Shown: positions 53,468-64,000, counted from the first letter of the stretch. The stretch is 64,000 bases of DNA from Burkholderiales bacterium (GCA_036522275.1 DATDGC010000069.1:19721-83720); one strand, 5' to 3'. Numbers and translations are program-made. Notes: generated by a model from the letters alone, not told the origin.

Positions 53468-54532
53468 TTAGAGTTGCAAGCTCAACTTGCCTCTTACCAT
53501 TATGGCTGGATCCAGATATTTTTCAATCAAAATTTCCGCAATCTGGACGCTATTCAAGGCTGCGCCCTTGCGCACATTGTCTGATACTACCCACAAATCG
53601 AGGCCTTGGGGGTGTGAAATATCCTCGCGGATGCGTCCCACATAGACCGCATCCCGGCCTGCCGCTTCCAGCGCCGGGGTAGGATAACCGCCGGGTTTGT
53701 GCTCGTCCATGACCACCACTCCTGGTGCTTTTTTGAGCAAGGCGGTGGCGGCTTGCGCAGAGATTTTCTTGCGGGTTTCGATATGCACCGCCTCGGAATG
53801 GCCATAGAACACCGGCACCCGTACTGTGGTGGGGTTAACCCGGATCGAGTCATCGCCCATGATCTTGCGGGTCTCCCACACCAATTTCATTTCTTCCAAG
53901 GTGTAGCCGTTGTCCTGGAACTCGTCAATATGCGGCAGCACGTTGAATGCGATTCGCTTGGGATAGACTTCGCTCACGATGTCTTTCTGGTTGAACAGCG
54001 CGCGGGTTTGCTGCACCAGCTCCTCAATCGCCTCCTTGCCGGTGCCCGATACCGCCTGATAGGTGGCGACGTTGATGCGCTCTATGCCCACCGCGTCATA
54101 AATGGGTTTCAGCGCCACCACCATCTGGATAGTAGAGCAATTGGGATTGGCGATGATGCCGCGGTTTTTGTATTGGGCAATGGCTTGGGGATTCACTTCC
54201 GGCACCACCAGCGGGATATCCTTTTCGTAGCGGAACTGCGCGGTGTTGTCTATCACTACGCAACCCGCAGCCATGGCTTGCGGCGCGTATTTTGCTGAAA
54301 CGCTGCTGCCCGCCGAAAACAGCCCGATTTGCGCTTTCGAAAAATCGAAATTGGAAACATCCTCGACCTCCACATCACGGCCCCTGAATTTCACCGTGGT
54401 GCCGGCTGAACGCGAGGAAGCCAGCGGGTAAATTTTACCCACCGGGAAATCGCGCTCTTCCAGAATGGAGATCATCGCCTCGCCTACCGCCCCGGTCGCG
54501 CCCAACACGCATACATCGTATTTTTTGCTCAT
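53468..54532 (-). CDS. asd: Aspartate-semialdehyde dehydrogenase
   Basis: 354-aa ORF containing GATGAVG and NCSTIQMV (active-site Cys). Confidence 0.9.
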   Translation of the reverse strand: MSKKYDVCVLGATGAVGEAMISILEERDFPVGKIYPLASSRSAGTTVKFRGRDVEVEDVSNFDFSKAQIGLFSAGSSVSAKYAPQAMAAGCVVIDNTAQFRYEKDIPLVVPEVNPQAIAQYKNRGIIANPNCSTIQMVVALKPIYDAVGIERINVATYQAVSGTGKEAIEELVQQTRALFNQKDIVSEVYPKRIAFNVLPHIDEFQDNGYTLEEMKLVWETRKIMGDDSIRVNPTTVRVPVFYGHSEAVHIETRKKISAQAATALLKKAPGVVVMDEHKPGGYPTPALEAAGRDAVYVGRIREDISHPQGLDLWVVSDNVRKGAALNSVQIAEILIEKYLDPAIMVRGKLSLQL

Positions 54533-54557
54533 TCACTCACTCTCGATTCACTCAACC

Positions 54558-55622
54558 TTAAAGTGCGGCAACCACTGCATCGCCCATTTCTTCGGTACTC
54601 ACCTTGCGCGTGCCTTGCTGGAAAATATCCGCGGTACGCAAACCTTGCACCAGCACTTTTTTCACCGCCTGTTCGATTCGCTGCGCCGCTTCCTCAAGAT
54701 TGCAAGTATAACGCAGCATCATCGCAGCCGAGAGAATGGTCGCCAGCGGATTGGCGATATCCTTTCCCGCGATATCGGGCGCCGATCCGTGGATCGGCTC
54801 AAACAAGCCTTTGTTGCGCTCATCCAGCGAAGCCGACGGCAGCATGCCGATGGAGCCGGTGAGCATCGAAGCCTGGTCGGACAGAATGTCGCCGAACAGG
54901 TTGCCGGTCAAAATTACATCGAACTGTTTCGGATTGCGCACCAGCTGCATTGCCGCATTGTCCACATACATGTGGCTGAGTGCAATATCCGGGTATTCCT
55001 TCCCTACCTCGCTCACCACTTCGCGCCATAACTGGCTGGTCTCCAGCACATTGGCCTTGTCCACCGAGCAAAGCTTACGGTGGCGTTTTCTGGCGATGTC
55101 AAATCCCACCCGCGCGATGCGGCGGATTTCGGATTCCGAATACAGCATGGTGTCGAAACCTTCGCGCTCGCCTTTGGCATTGGTTCGACGTCCGCGCGGC
55201 TCGCCGAAGTAAATGTCGCCGGTGAGCTCGCGCAAAATCATGATATCGAGCCCCGCCACCACTTCCGGTTTCAAGGTCGTTGCGTGAGCAAGTTCAGCAT
55301 AAACCAGCGCCGGGCGCAAGTTTGCGAACACCCCGAGTTCCTTGCGGATACGCAACAAGCCCCGCTCAGGGCGCTGCTGGCGCGGCAGCTCGTCATATCT
55401 ATAGCCTCCCACCGCGCCCAACAGCACCGCATCCGCCTGTCGCGCAAGCTTGAGCGTGGCCTCTGGCAATGTGTCGCCGCACGCATCAAACCCAGCGCCG
55501 CCAATGGGCGCGTATTCCAGCTCGAACTTCAGGCTGTCGCATGCCAGCCGCTGCAATACCTTTACTGCCTGGGCCATGATTTCAGGACCAATTCCATCTC
55601 CAGGCAAAACCGCAATTTTCAT
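54558..55622 (-). CDS. leuB: 3-isopropylmalate dehydrogenase
   Basis: Begins [14 protein letters not shown], and contains [10 protein letters not shown] chose ATG 55622 over the ORF-track TTG 55628. Confidence 0.95.
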   Translation of the reverse strand: MKIAVLPGDGIGPEIMAQAVKVLQRLACDSLKFELEYAPIGGAGFDACGDTLPEATLKLARQADAVLLGAVGGYRYDELPRQQRPERGLLRIRKELGVFANLRPALVYAELAHATTLKPEVVAGLDIMILRELTGDIYFGEPRGRRTNAKGEREGFDTMLYSESEIRRIARVGFDIARKRHRKLCSVDKANVLETSQLWREVVSEVGKEYPDIALSHMYVDNAAMQLVRNPKQFDVILTGNLFGDILSDQASMLTGSIGMLPSASLDERNKGLFEPIHGSAPDIAGKDIANPLATILSAAMMLRYTCNLEEAAQRIEQAVKKVLVQGLRTADIFQQGTRKVSTEEMGDAVVAAL

Positions 55623-55639
55623 GTTCAACCCTTAACTAA

Positions 55640-55776
55640 CCACAGAGGCACGAAGAAACGAAAAATAATAGACAGGATTTACAAGATTTCACAAGATTAA
55701 CAGGATTAAATCATGTGAATCCTGAAAAATCCTGTTAATCCTGTAAATTTAGGTTTTCTCCGTATCTCAGTAGCGA
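55640..55776. repeat. Nested word-hairpin element filling the leuD-leuB spacer
   Basis: The inner arms are ACAGGATTT ACAAGATTTC ACAAGATTA ACAGGATTAA versus GAATCCTGAAA AATCCTGTT AATCCTGTAA. The outer arms are CACAGAGGCACGAAGAAACG versus TTTTCTCCGTATCTCAGTAGCG. Confidence 0.7.
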
Positions 55777-55780
55777 AAAA

Positions 55781-56419
55781 TCAAGAAAACAGCCAGGGCT
55801 GGCGCACGCGATGCCGCTCTTCGAACATCCTGATCTTGTCCGCGTTCTGCAAAGTCAACGCGATTTCATCGAGTCCGCTGAGAAGACGGTGTTTTTGAAG
55901 CGGGTCGATATCGAAGTTGAACACATGCTTAGTCGGCGTGGTGACGGTTTGTGCCGGCAAATCCACTTTAAGCCGGTAGCCGGGCTGCTCGGCGACTTCG
56001 CGGAACAACTGCGCGACCGCACCCGCGTCAAGCTCCACCGGCAACAAGCTGTTTTTGCAACAATTGTTGTAAAAGATATCCGCAAAACTGGGGGCGATCA
56101 GCGCGCGGAAACCGTAGTCAAGCAAAGCCCACGGCGCGTGCTCGCGGCTTGAGCCGCAGCCGAAATTCTCGCGCGCAAGCAGGATTTGCGCGCCTTGGTA
56201 ACGCGGCTGGTTGAGCACGAAATCCGGATTCAACGGGCGGCCGCGGTTGTCCTTGCTCGGCTCGCCGTGATCCAGATAGCGCCAGCTATCAAACAAGTTG
56301 GGGCCGAAGCCGCTGCGCTTGATGGATTTAAGAAATTGCTTGGGGATGATGGCGTCGGTGTCCACGTTAGCGCGATCCATGGGTGCCACCAACCCGTCAA
56401 GCTGGGTAATTTTTTCCAT
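55781..56419 (-). CDS. leuD: 3-isopropylmalate dehydratase small subunit
   Basis: 212-aa ORF containing [14 protein letters not shown] and [13 protein letters not shown]. Confidence 0.95.
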   Translation of the reverse strand: MEKITQLDGLVAPMDRANVDTDAIIPKQFLKSIKRSGFGPNLFDSWRYLDHGEPSKDNRGRPLNPDFVLNQPRYQGAQILLARENFGCGSSREHAPWALLDYGFRALIAPSFADIFYNNCCKNSLLPVELDAGAVAQLFREVAEQPGYRLKVDLPAQTVTTPTKHVFNFDIDPLQKHRLLSGLDEIALTLQNADKIRMFEERHRVRQPWLFS

Positions 56420-56428
56420 CAGTAGCTC

Positions 56429-56554
56429 TTAATCTTCGTCGGCTTTGTTATCAATCCCGTCGGGCGTGGAAAGAGTATTACACGAGGCCGCCACGGTATT
56501 GCACCCGGCCAGCGGCCAAGCCAGCAAACCAAGCAACACAATAACCCTGAACAT
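56429..56554 (-). CDS. Entericidin-like micro-lipoprotein (41 aa)
   Basis: MFRVIVLLGLLAWPLAGCNTVAASCN carries the lipobox LAGC. The RBS AGGAGAAG lies upstream. A location between leuC and leuD is seen in other betaproteobacteria, as I remember it. Confidence 0.55.
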   Translation of the reverse strand: MFRVIVLLGLLAWPLAGCNTVAASCNTLSTPDGIDNKADED

Positions 56555-56573
56555 TTTCAATTCTTCTCCTAAG

Positions 56574-57983
56574 CTAACCAAAATTACCGCGCACATCCAC
56601 AAAATGCCCCGCAATGGCCGCAGCGGCTGCCATTTGCGGACTCACCAAATGCGTTCTGCCACCCGCGCCTTGGCGCCCTTCGAAATTACGGTTGGAAGTC
56701 GAGGCGCAGCGCTCTCCCGGCTGCAGCCGGTCCTCATTCATACCCAAACACATCGAACAGCCCGGCTCGCGCCACTCAAAACCGGCGTCAACGAATACTT
56801 TATTCAGGCCTTCCGCTTCCGCCTGGCGCTTGACCAGGCCTGAACCCGGCACCACCAGTGCCAGCTTGATGTTGGGCGCGACATGCCTGCCGCGCACTAT
56901 CTGCGCCGCGGCGCGCAAATCCTCAATGCGCGAATTGGTGCACGAGCCGATGAATATTTTATCGAGCTTGATGTCCTTGATCGGCGTATTCGGGTCAAGC
57001 CCCATATAAGCCAGCGCCCGTTCCATCGCTTGGCGCTTCACTGGATTGGACTCGCGCGCTGGATCGGGAACGCGGTCATCCACGGTGCCCACCATTTCCG
57101 GCGAAGTGCCCCAGGTCACCTGCGGTTTAATCTCCGTCGCGGAAAGCCTCACCACTTTGTCGAAACGCGCACCCTCAGCGCTTTTGAGCGTCTTCCAGTA
57201 GGCTGTTGCCTGCTCCCACATTGCGCCCTTGGGCGCAAATGGCCGGCCCTTGATATAAGCGAGTGTAGTCTCGTCCACCGCTACCATGCCGGCGCGCGCG
57301 CCGGCTTCAATCGTCATATTGCAAATAGTCATCCGCGCTTCCATGCTAAATGAGCGTATGGTGCCGCCGGCGTATTCAATGACATAACCGGCGCCACCGG
57401 CAGTGCCGATTTTGCCTATGATGGCGAGTGCAACGTCTTTCGCTGTCACACCCCTGCTTAATTCGCCTTCCACTATGACCTGCATCACCTTGGATTTTTT
57501 GAGGGGGAGACATTGCGTGGCCAGCACATGCTCGACTTCGGATGTGCCGATGCCGAATGCCAGCGCGGCAAACGCGCCGTGGGTACTGGTGTGCGAGTCC
57601 CCGCACACCACGGTCATGCCGGGAAGTGTCGCGCCCTGCTCCGGGCCAATGATATGCACGATGCCTTGGCGCGTATCGTTCATCTTGAATTCGGTGATGC
57701 CGTAATCGCTGCAATTCTGATCCAGCGTCTCCACTTGCAGGCGCGATATCGGATCGCCGATGCCGCGCGAGCGGTCGGTAGTCGGCACGTTATGATCCGC
57801 CACCGCCAGTATCGAACTGGTTCGCCAGGGTTTTCTTCCGGCGAGCTTCAGCCCCTCGAACGCCTGTGGGCTGGTCACTTCATGCACCAAGTGGCGGTCA
57901 ATGTAAATCAACGCGGCGCCATCGCGCTCTTCATGCACGAGATGGCTGTGCCAAAGCTTGTCGTAAAGTGTTTGTGCACCCAT
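56574..57983 (-). CDS. leuC: 3-isopropylmalate dehydratase large subunit
   Basis: 469-aa ORF containing [23 protein letters not shown] and GSCTNSR. Confidence 0.96.
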   Translation of the reverse strand: MGAQTLYDKLWHSHLVHEERDGAALIYIDRHLVHEVTSPQAFEGLKLAGRKPWRTSSILAVADHNVPTTDRSRGIGDPISRLQVETLDQNCSDYGITEFKMNDTRQGIVHIIGPEQGATLPGMTVVCGDSHTSTHGAFAALAFGIGTSEVEHVLATQCLPLKKSKVMQVIVEGELSRGVTAKDVALAIIGKIGTAGGAGYVIEYAGGTIRSFSMEARMTICNMTIEAGARAGMVAVDETTLAYIKGRPFAPKGAMWEQATAYWKTLKSAEGARFDKVVRLSATEIKPQVTWGTSPEMVGTVDDRVPDPARESNPVKRQAMERALAYMGLDPNTPIKDIKLDKIFIGSCTNSRIEDLRAAAQIVRGRHVAPNIKLALVVPGSGLVKRQAEAEGLNKVFVDAGFEWREPGCSMCLGMNEDRLQPGERCASTSNRNFEGRQGAGGRTHLVSPQMAAAAAIAGHFVDVRGNFG

Positions 57984-58048
57984 TCGTAACTCTATAAATC
58001 CAAACTCGAAATTATCACATATTCTGACACTCTAGAACAGACTACGTT

Positions 58049-59191
58049 TCATGCTTTGAGCCTGAATTTCCAGCTGATTAGGAGAAAACCGAACAGCGCG
58101 CAAAGCGAAGCCATGCTGAAGGTCAGGCTCGCGCCCAGATAGTCCCAGGCATAACCGCTCATCAGCGCGCCGAAAGTGCCGCCGGCGCCGAAGGTGAGGC
58201 TGGTATAAAGCGCCTGCCCCTTGGCCTGATGCCTGCCACGGAAGAAATGATGGATGGCCGCCACCGCCGAGGCATGATAGGAACCGAAAGTCGCCGCGTG
58301 CAGCATCTGCGCGAACAAAATAGCGGCCACCGAATCCACCAGCCAGCCGATCAGCAGAAAGCGGATGACCGCAAGCAAAAAACTCGCGCCGAGAATCTGC
58401 GGCAGCGAAAAACGCTGCATGAGACGCGGCATGCCGATGAACACCGCGATTTCGCAAATCACGCCCAGCGCCCATAGCCAACCGATCGCGCCTTTGCTGT
58501 AATCGTGTTCGACCAGATACAGCGAATAAAAAGTGTAGTACGGCCCATGTGCCGCCGCCATCAGGAAGCAGGCGGCGAACAGGGCGGCCACTTCCGGCCG
58601 TTTCAGAATCTGCCGCGCCGGCTGACGGTCGGTATGGTGGGTGACGCTTTCCGCTTCCGGAATATGCCGGGAAAAGATGACAATGCCAACCATCAGCCCA
58701 AGCACCAGCCACAACAAAATGCGCACGTCGGTCACGTCCAGGACGTAACCGATGCCAATGACGGCGACGATGAAGCCGATGGAACCCCATAACCTCACCC
58801 GCCCGTAGCTCGCGGTGCTGTCTCCCAAGTGGCTTAGGGTAGTCGCCTCCACCAGCGGCAATGATGCGCTCCAGAAAAAACTGATGAGCGCCATCACTAC
58901 GAACATCCACCAGAAGCTCACGCCGAAAAACACGCCAAAATAGCTTGCAAGACTCAATGCCGCGGCAACGCGAACGATACCCACACGCTTTCCGCTGCGA
59001 TCCGCCAGCCAGCCCCACAGCGTGGGCGCAAAAATGCGCGTCGCCAGCAGCAGTGACATCAGTACGCCGATTTCAGATGCGCTGAAATCCAGCGATTTGA
59101 GATACAGGCTCCAGTACGGGGAAAAGGCACCGACAAAAGCGAAATAAAAAAAGTAAAAACTGGAGAGACGCCAGTATGGAAAGCTCGGCAT
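58049..59191 (-). CDS. MFS transporter (MFS_1_like / phenylpropionate-permease-like)
   Basis: 380-aa ORF with about 12 TM segments and the N-terminus YWRLSSFYFFYFAFVGAFSPYWSLYL. Confidence 0.8.
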   Translation of the reverse strand: MPSFPYWRLSSFYFFYFAFVGAFSPYWSLYLKSLDFSASEIGVLMSLLLATRIFAPTLWGWLADRSGKRVGIVRVAAALSLASYFGVFFGVSFWWMFVVMALISFFWSASLPLVEATTLSHLGDSTASYGRVRLWGSIGFIVAVIGIGYVLDVTDVRILLWLVLGLMVGIVIFSRHIPEAESVTHHTDRQPARQILKRPEVAALFAACFLMAAAHGPYYTFYSLYLVEHDYSKGAIGWLWALGVICEIAVFIGMPRLMQRFSLPQILGASFLLAVIRFLLIGWLVDSVAAILFAQMLHAATFGSYHASAVAAIHHFFRGRHQAKGQALYTSLTFGAGGTFGALMSGYAWDYLGASLTFSMASLCALFGFLLISWKFRLKA

Positions 59192-59210
59192 GTGTAGAAA
59201 ATGCGGGAAC

Positions 59211-59612
59211 TCAGCGCCGGCTGCGCCACAGGTACGCGAGCCAGGGTTCCCAGTAATACCTGCGCCAGCCCCGGGTTACGCCTTGCAAATCATGGTCCGG
59301 GACATTCATATGAACCAGATCAATCCGCGCGCCACGCCCAGCCTTACTAAACATTAAAATCAGGATTGAATCAGGATCGGTTTTCTTCCACGTGCGCGAG
59401 CGCCACAATTGCACGACGAGCTTTTTCCGAACAATCAGCAGGTTTTTACCCGAAAGCATGCCGTTAAAAGCAGTAAATCTCTTGCCAGCAGTTTTACTGA
59501 TTGAAACCTTGCTGCCCACTATCGCGGAGTGCTTCCTGGAATCGAGGTATGCGTCAAACAGACTGTCAGGCACCGCGTTGAATTGCACCGACTGCTTGAT
59601 GATATTCATCAA
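59211..59612 (-). CDS. SRPBCC / Aha1-like domain protein
   Basis: 133-aa ORF whose pattern F.A.PDSLFDAYLDS..H....G...SGKNL......VQLWRS..W resembles activator-of-Hsp90-ATPase-homolog family proteins. Confidence 0.6.
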   Translation of the reverse strand: MMNIIKQSVQFNAVPDSLFDAYLDSRKHSAIVGSKVSISKTAGKRFTAFNGMLSGKNLLIVRKKLVVQLWRSRTWKKTDPDSILILMFSKAGRGARIDLVHMNVPDHDLQGVTRGWRRYYWEPWLAYLWRSRR

Positions 59613-59653
59613 GAATATGCCTGACTAAAACAACACAACGTCTGACGGATACA

Positions 59654-60814
59654 CTAAGCCTCATCCGGCTCAGGGTTTTCTTTGTGCTTGGCTTTGTTGC
59701 TTGAAGCTGCGCTTTTCCCGGCCTTTGCAGGAATTTTCGGGGTAGAACATTTCACATCCGCGTTTTGCGCGCGGTGGCGTAGCGCGTGATCCATCAGCAC
59801 CAGCGCCAGCATGGCTTCGGCGATGGGAGTGGCGCGAATACCGACGCACGGATCGTGGCGGCCATGCGTCTCGACAATGGTGGGCTTTCCCTGTTTGTCT
59901 ATGGAACGACGCGGCAGGCGGATACTCGAAGTGGGCTTCACTGCGATGTTGACCACGATGTTCTGCCCGGTGGAAATGCCGCCGAGGATGCCGCCAGCGT
60001 TGTTGCTCAAAAATCCCTGCGGGGTCATTTCGTCGGAGTGCTCGCTGCCCTTTTGTTTGACTGAAGTAAAGCCCGCGCCGATTTCCACTGCCTTCACCGC
60101 ATTGATGCTCATCATGGCGTAAGCGATATCGGCATCCAGCTTATCGTACACTGGCTCACCCCAGCCCACCGGTACGTGCTCGGCAATCGCGGTGATTTTC
60201 GCACCACAGGAATCACCGGATTTCCTGAGCTTGTCCATGAATTCCTCAAGCTGCGGCACCACGCTCTCATCCGCCACAAAAAACGGATTGCTGTTCACCA
60301 CATTCCAGGTTTTGAACGGGATCTCGATTGGGCCGAGTTGCGACATGTAGCCGCGGATCATCACGCCGTATTTTTCATGCAGCCATTTCCTGGCAATTGC
60401 CGCCGCCGCGACGCGCACCGCTGTCTCGCGCGCCGATTGCCTGCCGCCGCCGCGGTAATCGCGAATACCGTATTTTTGCCAATAGGTGTAATCGGCATGC
60501 CCCGGACGGAAGGTGTCCATGATATTGCCGTAGTCTTTACTCCGCGCGTCTTCATTGCGAATTAAAAGCGCAATCGGCGTGCCGGTGGTCTTACCTTCGA
60601 ACACGCCAGAGAGGATTTCTACTGTGTCGGATTCGCGGCGCTGCGAGACATGACGCGATGTGCCCGGCTTGCGCCGATCCAATTCCTTTTGAATGTCTTC
60701 GGCAGAAAGCGCCATTCCCGGCGGGCAGCCATCCACCACGCAGCCGATGGCCGGCCCGTGGGATTCACCGAAGGAAGTCACGCAGAAAAGCCGCCCTAAA
60801 GTATTACCTGACAT
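59654..60814 (-). CDS. aroC: Chorismate synthase
   Basis: 386-aa ORF containing FGESHG and GRHDPCVG, plus a C-terminal tail of about 25 aa that is Lys/Ala-rich. Confidence 0.95.
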   Translation of the reverse strand: MSGNTLGRLFCVTSFGESHGPAIGCVVDGCPPGMALSAEDIQKELDRRKPGTSRHVSQRRESDTVEILSGVFEGKTTGTPIALLIRNEDARSKDYGNIMDTFRPGHADYTYWQKYGIRDYRGGGRQSARETAVRVAAAAIARKWLHEKYGVMIRGYMSQLGPIEIPFKTWNVVNSNPFFVADESVVPQLEEFMDKLRKSGDSCGAKITAIAEHVPVGWGEPVYDKLDADIAYAMMSINAVKAVEIGAGFTSVKQKGSEHSDEMTPQGFLSNNAGGILGGISTGQNIVVNIAVKPTSSIRLPRRSIDKQGKPTIVETHGRHDPCVGIRATPIAEAMLALVLMDHALRHRAQNADVKCSTPKIPAKAGKSAASSNKAKHKENPEPDEA

Positions 60815-60879
60815 GATTTATCTCGCAAAAAATAACACTAAAGTTTAACATATTCTTTCCATCTCTCAGTGGATTAACG

Positions 60880-61092
60880 ATGTCTTCCAAAAACGATCCG
60901 GATAAACTTAAGGGCCCTTCGCCGGAGCTCAGGACAGGCCCCGGCGGATTGACCCTGCGGCAAATTCACGAGCAAGTGAAGCGCAGCGCCGAGCGCGATC
61001 GCCAAGCCGGAAAAACCGCAAACAAGCTAGCGCAGAAGCAAAACCGTTGGCAGCGCTTTGTGCGCTACGTGTGGGACAGGAAGCCAAAATGA
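60880..61092 (+). CDS. Hypothetical small basic protein (70 aa)
   Basis: This is only an ORF. It has no clear RBS and no recognisable motif. Confidence 0.3.
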   Translation: MSSKNDPDKLKGPSPELRTGPGGLTLRQIHEQVKRSAERDRQAGKTANKLAQKQNRWQRFVRYVWDRKPK

Positions 61093-61147
61093 AGGGGGTG
61101 CTGATGATTGCCTGCGGTAAAATCGTGCTGCGCAATTAGCGCAAAAG

Positions 61148-61339
61148 CTATTTGGACTTGTAGGCCTCGCGCCAGAGGAAATAGGCCAGCGCGCCCACAA
61201 CCAATAACGCTATCACGCTCACCCACATGGGAATCACCAGGCCGTTTAGGGTGACCTCCCAGCCAAAAACAAGCCTCATTAAATGCATCACCGCAATCAG
61301 AATAAAAATTGCTATGGCGAAATTGGTGAACGGTTTCAT
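61148..61339 (-). CDS. Small two-TM membrane protein (63 aa)
   Basis: MKPFTNFAIAIFILIAVMHLMRLVFGWEVTLNGLVIPMWVSVIALLVVGALAYFLW. The RBS GGGGGAAAG lies upstream. It sits 19 nt downstream of the peptidase gene. Confidence 0.55.
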   Translation of the reverse strand: MKPFTNFAIAIFILIAVMHLMRLVFGWEVTLNGLVIPMWVSVIALLVVGALAYFLWREAYKSK

Positions 61340-61358
61340 GTGCTTTCCCCCGCACAAA

Positions 61359-62807
61359 TTAAGAATTCTTAAGCATCTCCAAACCCCAGCCAACGCCGAA
61401 TCCGGTAACGTCCGATTCCACCGCGCCCAGACCCCCTTTGCAACTGCTTGCCGATAAATCCACATGCAGCCACGGCACGTTTCCGACAAAACGCAGCAAA
61501 AAGCGCGCGGCGAGGATGTGGTCGGCCTCGCCATCGAGCGTACACTGCTTGATGTCGGCGATCTTGCTTTCCAGCGCCTGCTCGTAATCTTCATCCAGCG
61601 GAAACGCGCACACCCGTTCACCGCTCGCCTTGCCCGCTGCGACCGCCTGCGCGAGCAACGCCTCGCGATTGCCAAGCACGCCAGAATAGCGCTCCCCCAG
61701 CGCCACCGCCATGCTGCCGGTAAGCGTCGCAAAATCTATGATCAATGAAGGCTTGGCTTTTGCCGCCAGCGTGAGCGTGTCGGCCAGCACCATGCGCCCC
61801 TCAGCGTCGGTATGCACAATTTCAATAGTGGTCCCGTTCAACGCCCTTACTACGTCGTTCTGCTTATAGGCTTTGGGGCCGATGTGGTTCTGCGCAATGG
61901 CCAGCCAGCAGTCGATATTCACCGGCAGCTTGGCGCGGGTCGCGGCGAGCAGAATCCCAAGGCACACCGCCGAGCCGTTCATGTCCTGGTGCATGCCGTG
62001 CATGGAGCGGGCGGACTTGAGATTGTGCCCGCCGGTGTCGAAGCAGATACCCTTGCCAACCAGCGCCAGCGTTTGCTTGACCCGGTTGTGGCGATAGTGC
62101 AAATGCACAATCGCGGCATCTTCCTCAAAACTGCCCTGCGCCACAGCGACGAATGCTCCCGCACCCATTTTGCGCAGTTTTTGCAGACTGTATTCCTCAT
62201 GTTTCCAGCCACATTCTTTAGCGATTTTCCTGATGCGCTGGCGATACAGCCCTGGGGTGAGTTCGTTGGGGGGCAAAACGGTAAGCTCGCGGCACAGCAG
62301 ATTGCCTTCAGCCTGGGCCAGCAATTCATTAAAGTCATGTGTTGTCTGGCATCCGTAGAGCACGATCCTGGCGAGCGGTTTGGATGGCGGCTTCTTTTTT
62401 CTTTGTGGTAGCTTGGCGCCGTTCACCCAGGCCGCATAGACTGCAAGCTGTCCCGCCTTGGCGCGCTCGTCCGGGCTCCCGTGAGCCGAAATGCAAAGTG
62501 TTTGCGGGTTTTCCTCGAGCAGCGGTTGCAGTGCCTTGCGCAGCAGCGTGTACTGCTCGAACACGGATTTAGCCGAATCCAGCATCACCCATGCCGCCAA
62601 CCCGCCGTGCGGGAGTGTGGCGCACAATGGCGTCTCGGCTAGTTTTTCGGCTCTCATGGCGCGGCGCTTCAACAATGCGCGCAACGCTCCCGCTCCAGGC
62701 AAAACGGGAAGTTGTTTGCTCTTCGGCAACACCAACAGAACGTGGGAAGTTTTCGCGAGCGCCACTGCAGACAGGATTGATGCGTGCGTCTCAAGCTTGG
62801 CCAGCAT
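61359..62807 (-). CDS. M17 leucyl aminopeptidase family protein
   Basis: 482-aa ORF containing GKGICFDTGG and HTDAEGRMVLAD (M17 metal ligands). Confidence 0.9.
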   Translation of the reverse strand: MLAKLETHASILSAVALAKTSHVLLVLPKSKQLPVLPGAGALRALLKRRAMRAEKLAETPLCATLPHGGLAAWVMLDSAKSVFEQYTLLRKALQPLLEENPQTLCISAHGSPDERAKAGQLAVYAAWVNGAKLPQRKKKPPSKPLARIVLYGCQTTHDFNELLAQAEGNLLCRELTVLPPNELTPGLYRQRIRKIAKECGWKHEEYSLQKLRKMGAGAFVAVAQGSFEEDAAIVHLHYRHNRVKQTLALVGKGICFDTGGHNLKSARSMHGMHQDMNGSAVCLGILLAATRAKLPVNIDCWLAIAQNHIGPKAYKQNDVVRALNGTTIEIVHTDAEGRMVLADTLTLAAKAKPSLIIDFATLTGSMAVALGERYSGVLGNREALLAQAVAAGKASGERVCAFPLDEDYEQALESKIADIKQCTLDGEADHILAARFLLRFVGNVPWLHVDLSASSCKGGLGAVESDVTGFGVGWGLEMLKNS

Positions 62808-62834
62808 GGATACTCCAATGCGGTAAAATGATAG

Positions 62835-62881
62835 GGAACCCCTAATTAAGTACCATCGCGGTAGACTTCATCAGAGATTCC
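62835..62881. repeat. Degenerate copy of the 8273-8324 palindrome
   Basis: GGAACCCCTAATTAAGTACCATCGCG GTAGACTTCATCAGAGATTCC. Each half differs from GGAAYCTCTGATTAAGTCC at about 3 positions. It lies 28 nt upstream of the peptidase ATG. Confidence 0.55.
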
Positions 62882-62969
62882 AAAGATTATAACCAAGCCT
62901 CGGACTTACGAACTAAAAGATTTTCATCCCAGTTGCCCGCTAAACGTTTTTGACTTACGCTTTTCAACC

Positions 62970-63764
62970 ATGTACCAGTACCTCGACTTAATGCAGCACA
63001 TCCTCAATCATGGTGTGCCCAAGAATGACCGTACCGGCACTGGCACCCTAAGTATTTTCGGCCATCAACTGCGGTTCGATCTCAATGCCGGATTTCCGCT
63101 CCTCACTACCAAAAAAATCCATCTGAAATCCGTTATTCATGAGTTGCTATGGTTTCTCAAAGGCGAGACCAATATCCAGTACCTCAAGGACAATAACGTC
63201 ACCATTTGGGACGAATGGGCGGACAAAAAAGGCGATCTCGGCCCGGTTTACGGCTACCAGTGGCGCTCCTGGCCCGCGCCTGACGGACGGCATATTGACC
63301 AGATTGCGAAAATCATCGGGGAAATCAGGAGGAACCCGGATTCGAGGAGGCTCCTGGTTTCAGCCTGGAACGTGGCGGACCTCGACAAAATGGCGCTTCT
63401 GCCATGCCACGCGTTTTTCCAGTTCTACGTCGCGCAGAACAGGCTTTCCTGCCAGCTTTACCAGCGCAGCGCCGATGTGTTTCTCGGCGTGCCTTTCAAT
63501 ATCGCCTCCTACGCCCTGCTGACCCTGATGATGGCCCAGGTGTGCAAGCTCAAACCCGGCGAATTCGTCCACACCTTCGGCGATGCCCATCTGTACCTTA
63601 ACCATGTGGAACAGGCGCGCGAACAGTTGTCACGGCAGCCAAAGAAACTGCCAGTGATGAACATCAATCCTGCGGTCAAAAATATATTCGAGTTTAAATA
63701 CGAGGATTTCTCTCTAGAAGGCTACGAACCTCATCCCGCGATCAAAGCACCAATCGCGGTCTAG
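62970..63764 (+). CDS. thyA: Thymidylate synthase
   Basis: 264-aa ORF containing DRTGTGT and [12 protein letters not shown] (active-site Cys). Confidence 0.97.
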   Translation: MYQYLDLMQHILNHGVPKNDRTGTGTLSIFGHQLRFDLNAGFPLLTTKKIHLKSVIHELLWFLKGETNIQYLKDNNVTIWDEWADKKGDLGPVYGYQWRSWPAPDGRHIDQIAKIIGEIRRNPDSRRLLVSAWNVADLDKMALLPCHAFFQFYVAQNRLSCQLYQRSADVFLGVPFNIASYALLTLMMAQVCKLKPGEFVHTFGDAHLYLNHVEQAREQLSRQPKKLPVMNINPAVKNIFEFKYEDFSLEGYEPHPAIKAPIAV

Positions 63765-63778
63765 TCTGCCAGAAACAA

Positions 63779-63806
63779 CAAGGGACGGAATTGCTCCCGT
63801 CCCTTG
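63779..63806. terminator. Hairpin between convergent thyA and the downstream gene
   Basis: The stem pairs AAGGGACGG with CCGTCCCTT around an 8-nt loop. A T-rich tract (TTGTTGTTTCT) follows only on the minus strand. Confidence 0.55.
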
Positions 63807-63819
63807 GCGCCTCAATCCT

Positions 63820-64000
63820 TCAAAAAATGCGGCCTGTTAACGCAGCCAGCATCAGCGCAAGTATCCGGTTTTTGTCCATCATAGCTGTCCCTTCGAGTTG
63901 AACTACCATGCCATTGACGATTTTAACTTTCTCGCCGACATTGAAAACGGGTTGGTCTTGCTGTGTAATGACGCGGTAAGTGCCGTCATCCATGCGCACC
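63820..64000 (-). CDS. 3' end of a gene running off the window (possibly a SlyB / glycine-zipper-lipoprotein-like C-terminus)
   Basis: Not in the ORF track because no start lies in the window. My translation gives VRMDDGTYRVITQQDQPVFNVGEKVKIVNGMVVQLEGTAMMDKNRILALMLAALTGRIF, then a stop at 63820. The family guess is weak. Confidence 0.35.
   Translation of the reverse strand, partial: VRMDDGTYRVITQQDQPVFNVGEKVKIVNGMVVQLEGTAMMDKNRILALMLAALTGRIF

Overview
This is a 64-kb chromosomal core segment whose gene order looks betaproteobacterial. The order is nuoG-A, tRNA-Leu, secG-tpiA, glmM-folP-ftsH-rlmE, greA-carBA-dapB-bamE|fur, recN-nadK|hrcA-hemH-grpE-dnaK-dnaJ, cysS, ppiB-lpxH, metZ-purF-cvpA-dedD-folC-accD-trpA-trpB-trpF-truA-fimV-asd-leuB-leuD-leuC, aroC, thyA. 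It resembles Nitrosomonadales or Gallionellales, but that is inference only because no database search was possible. I call about 62 protein genes and one tRNA-Leu(GAG). Two of the genes are truncated at the window edges and are therefore missing from the supplied ORF track. I found no rRNA, CRISPR array, transposase, integrase or recognisable defence gene. Four things stand out. (1) Almost every intergenic spacer inside otherwise compact housekeeping operons is filled by hairpin repeats whose arms are tandem 7-, 9- or 10-nt words. One sub-family (GTGAGGN heptads) has 4 copies. Several hairpins abut start codons that have no Shine-Dalgarno, or contribute stop codons or C-terminal residues. (2) A family of about 270-bp mosaic nested-hairpin elements sits inside the nuo operon and upstream of rlmE. 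Its stems covary around conserved unpaired motifs, and a 52-nt palindrome elsewhere looks like the same termini without the internal cargo. (3) Two about 370-bp direct repeats plus one fragment bracket a 3.2-kb segment between fur and recN. That segment includes a low-GC three-gene islet: an HdeA-like secreted protein, a zinc-ribbon mini-protein and a minimal nucleotidyltransferase. (4) BamE carries a 350-aa repetitive C-terminal extension. A candidate SAM-II-like riboswitch with its own promoter and terminator lies upstream of metZ. All functional calls come from motif recognition by eye and from synteny.
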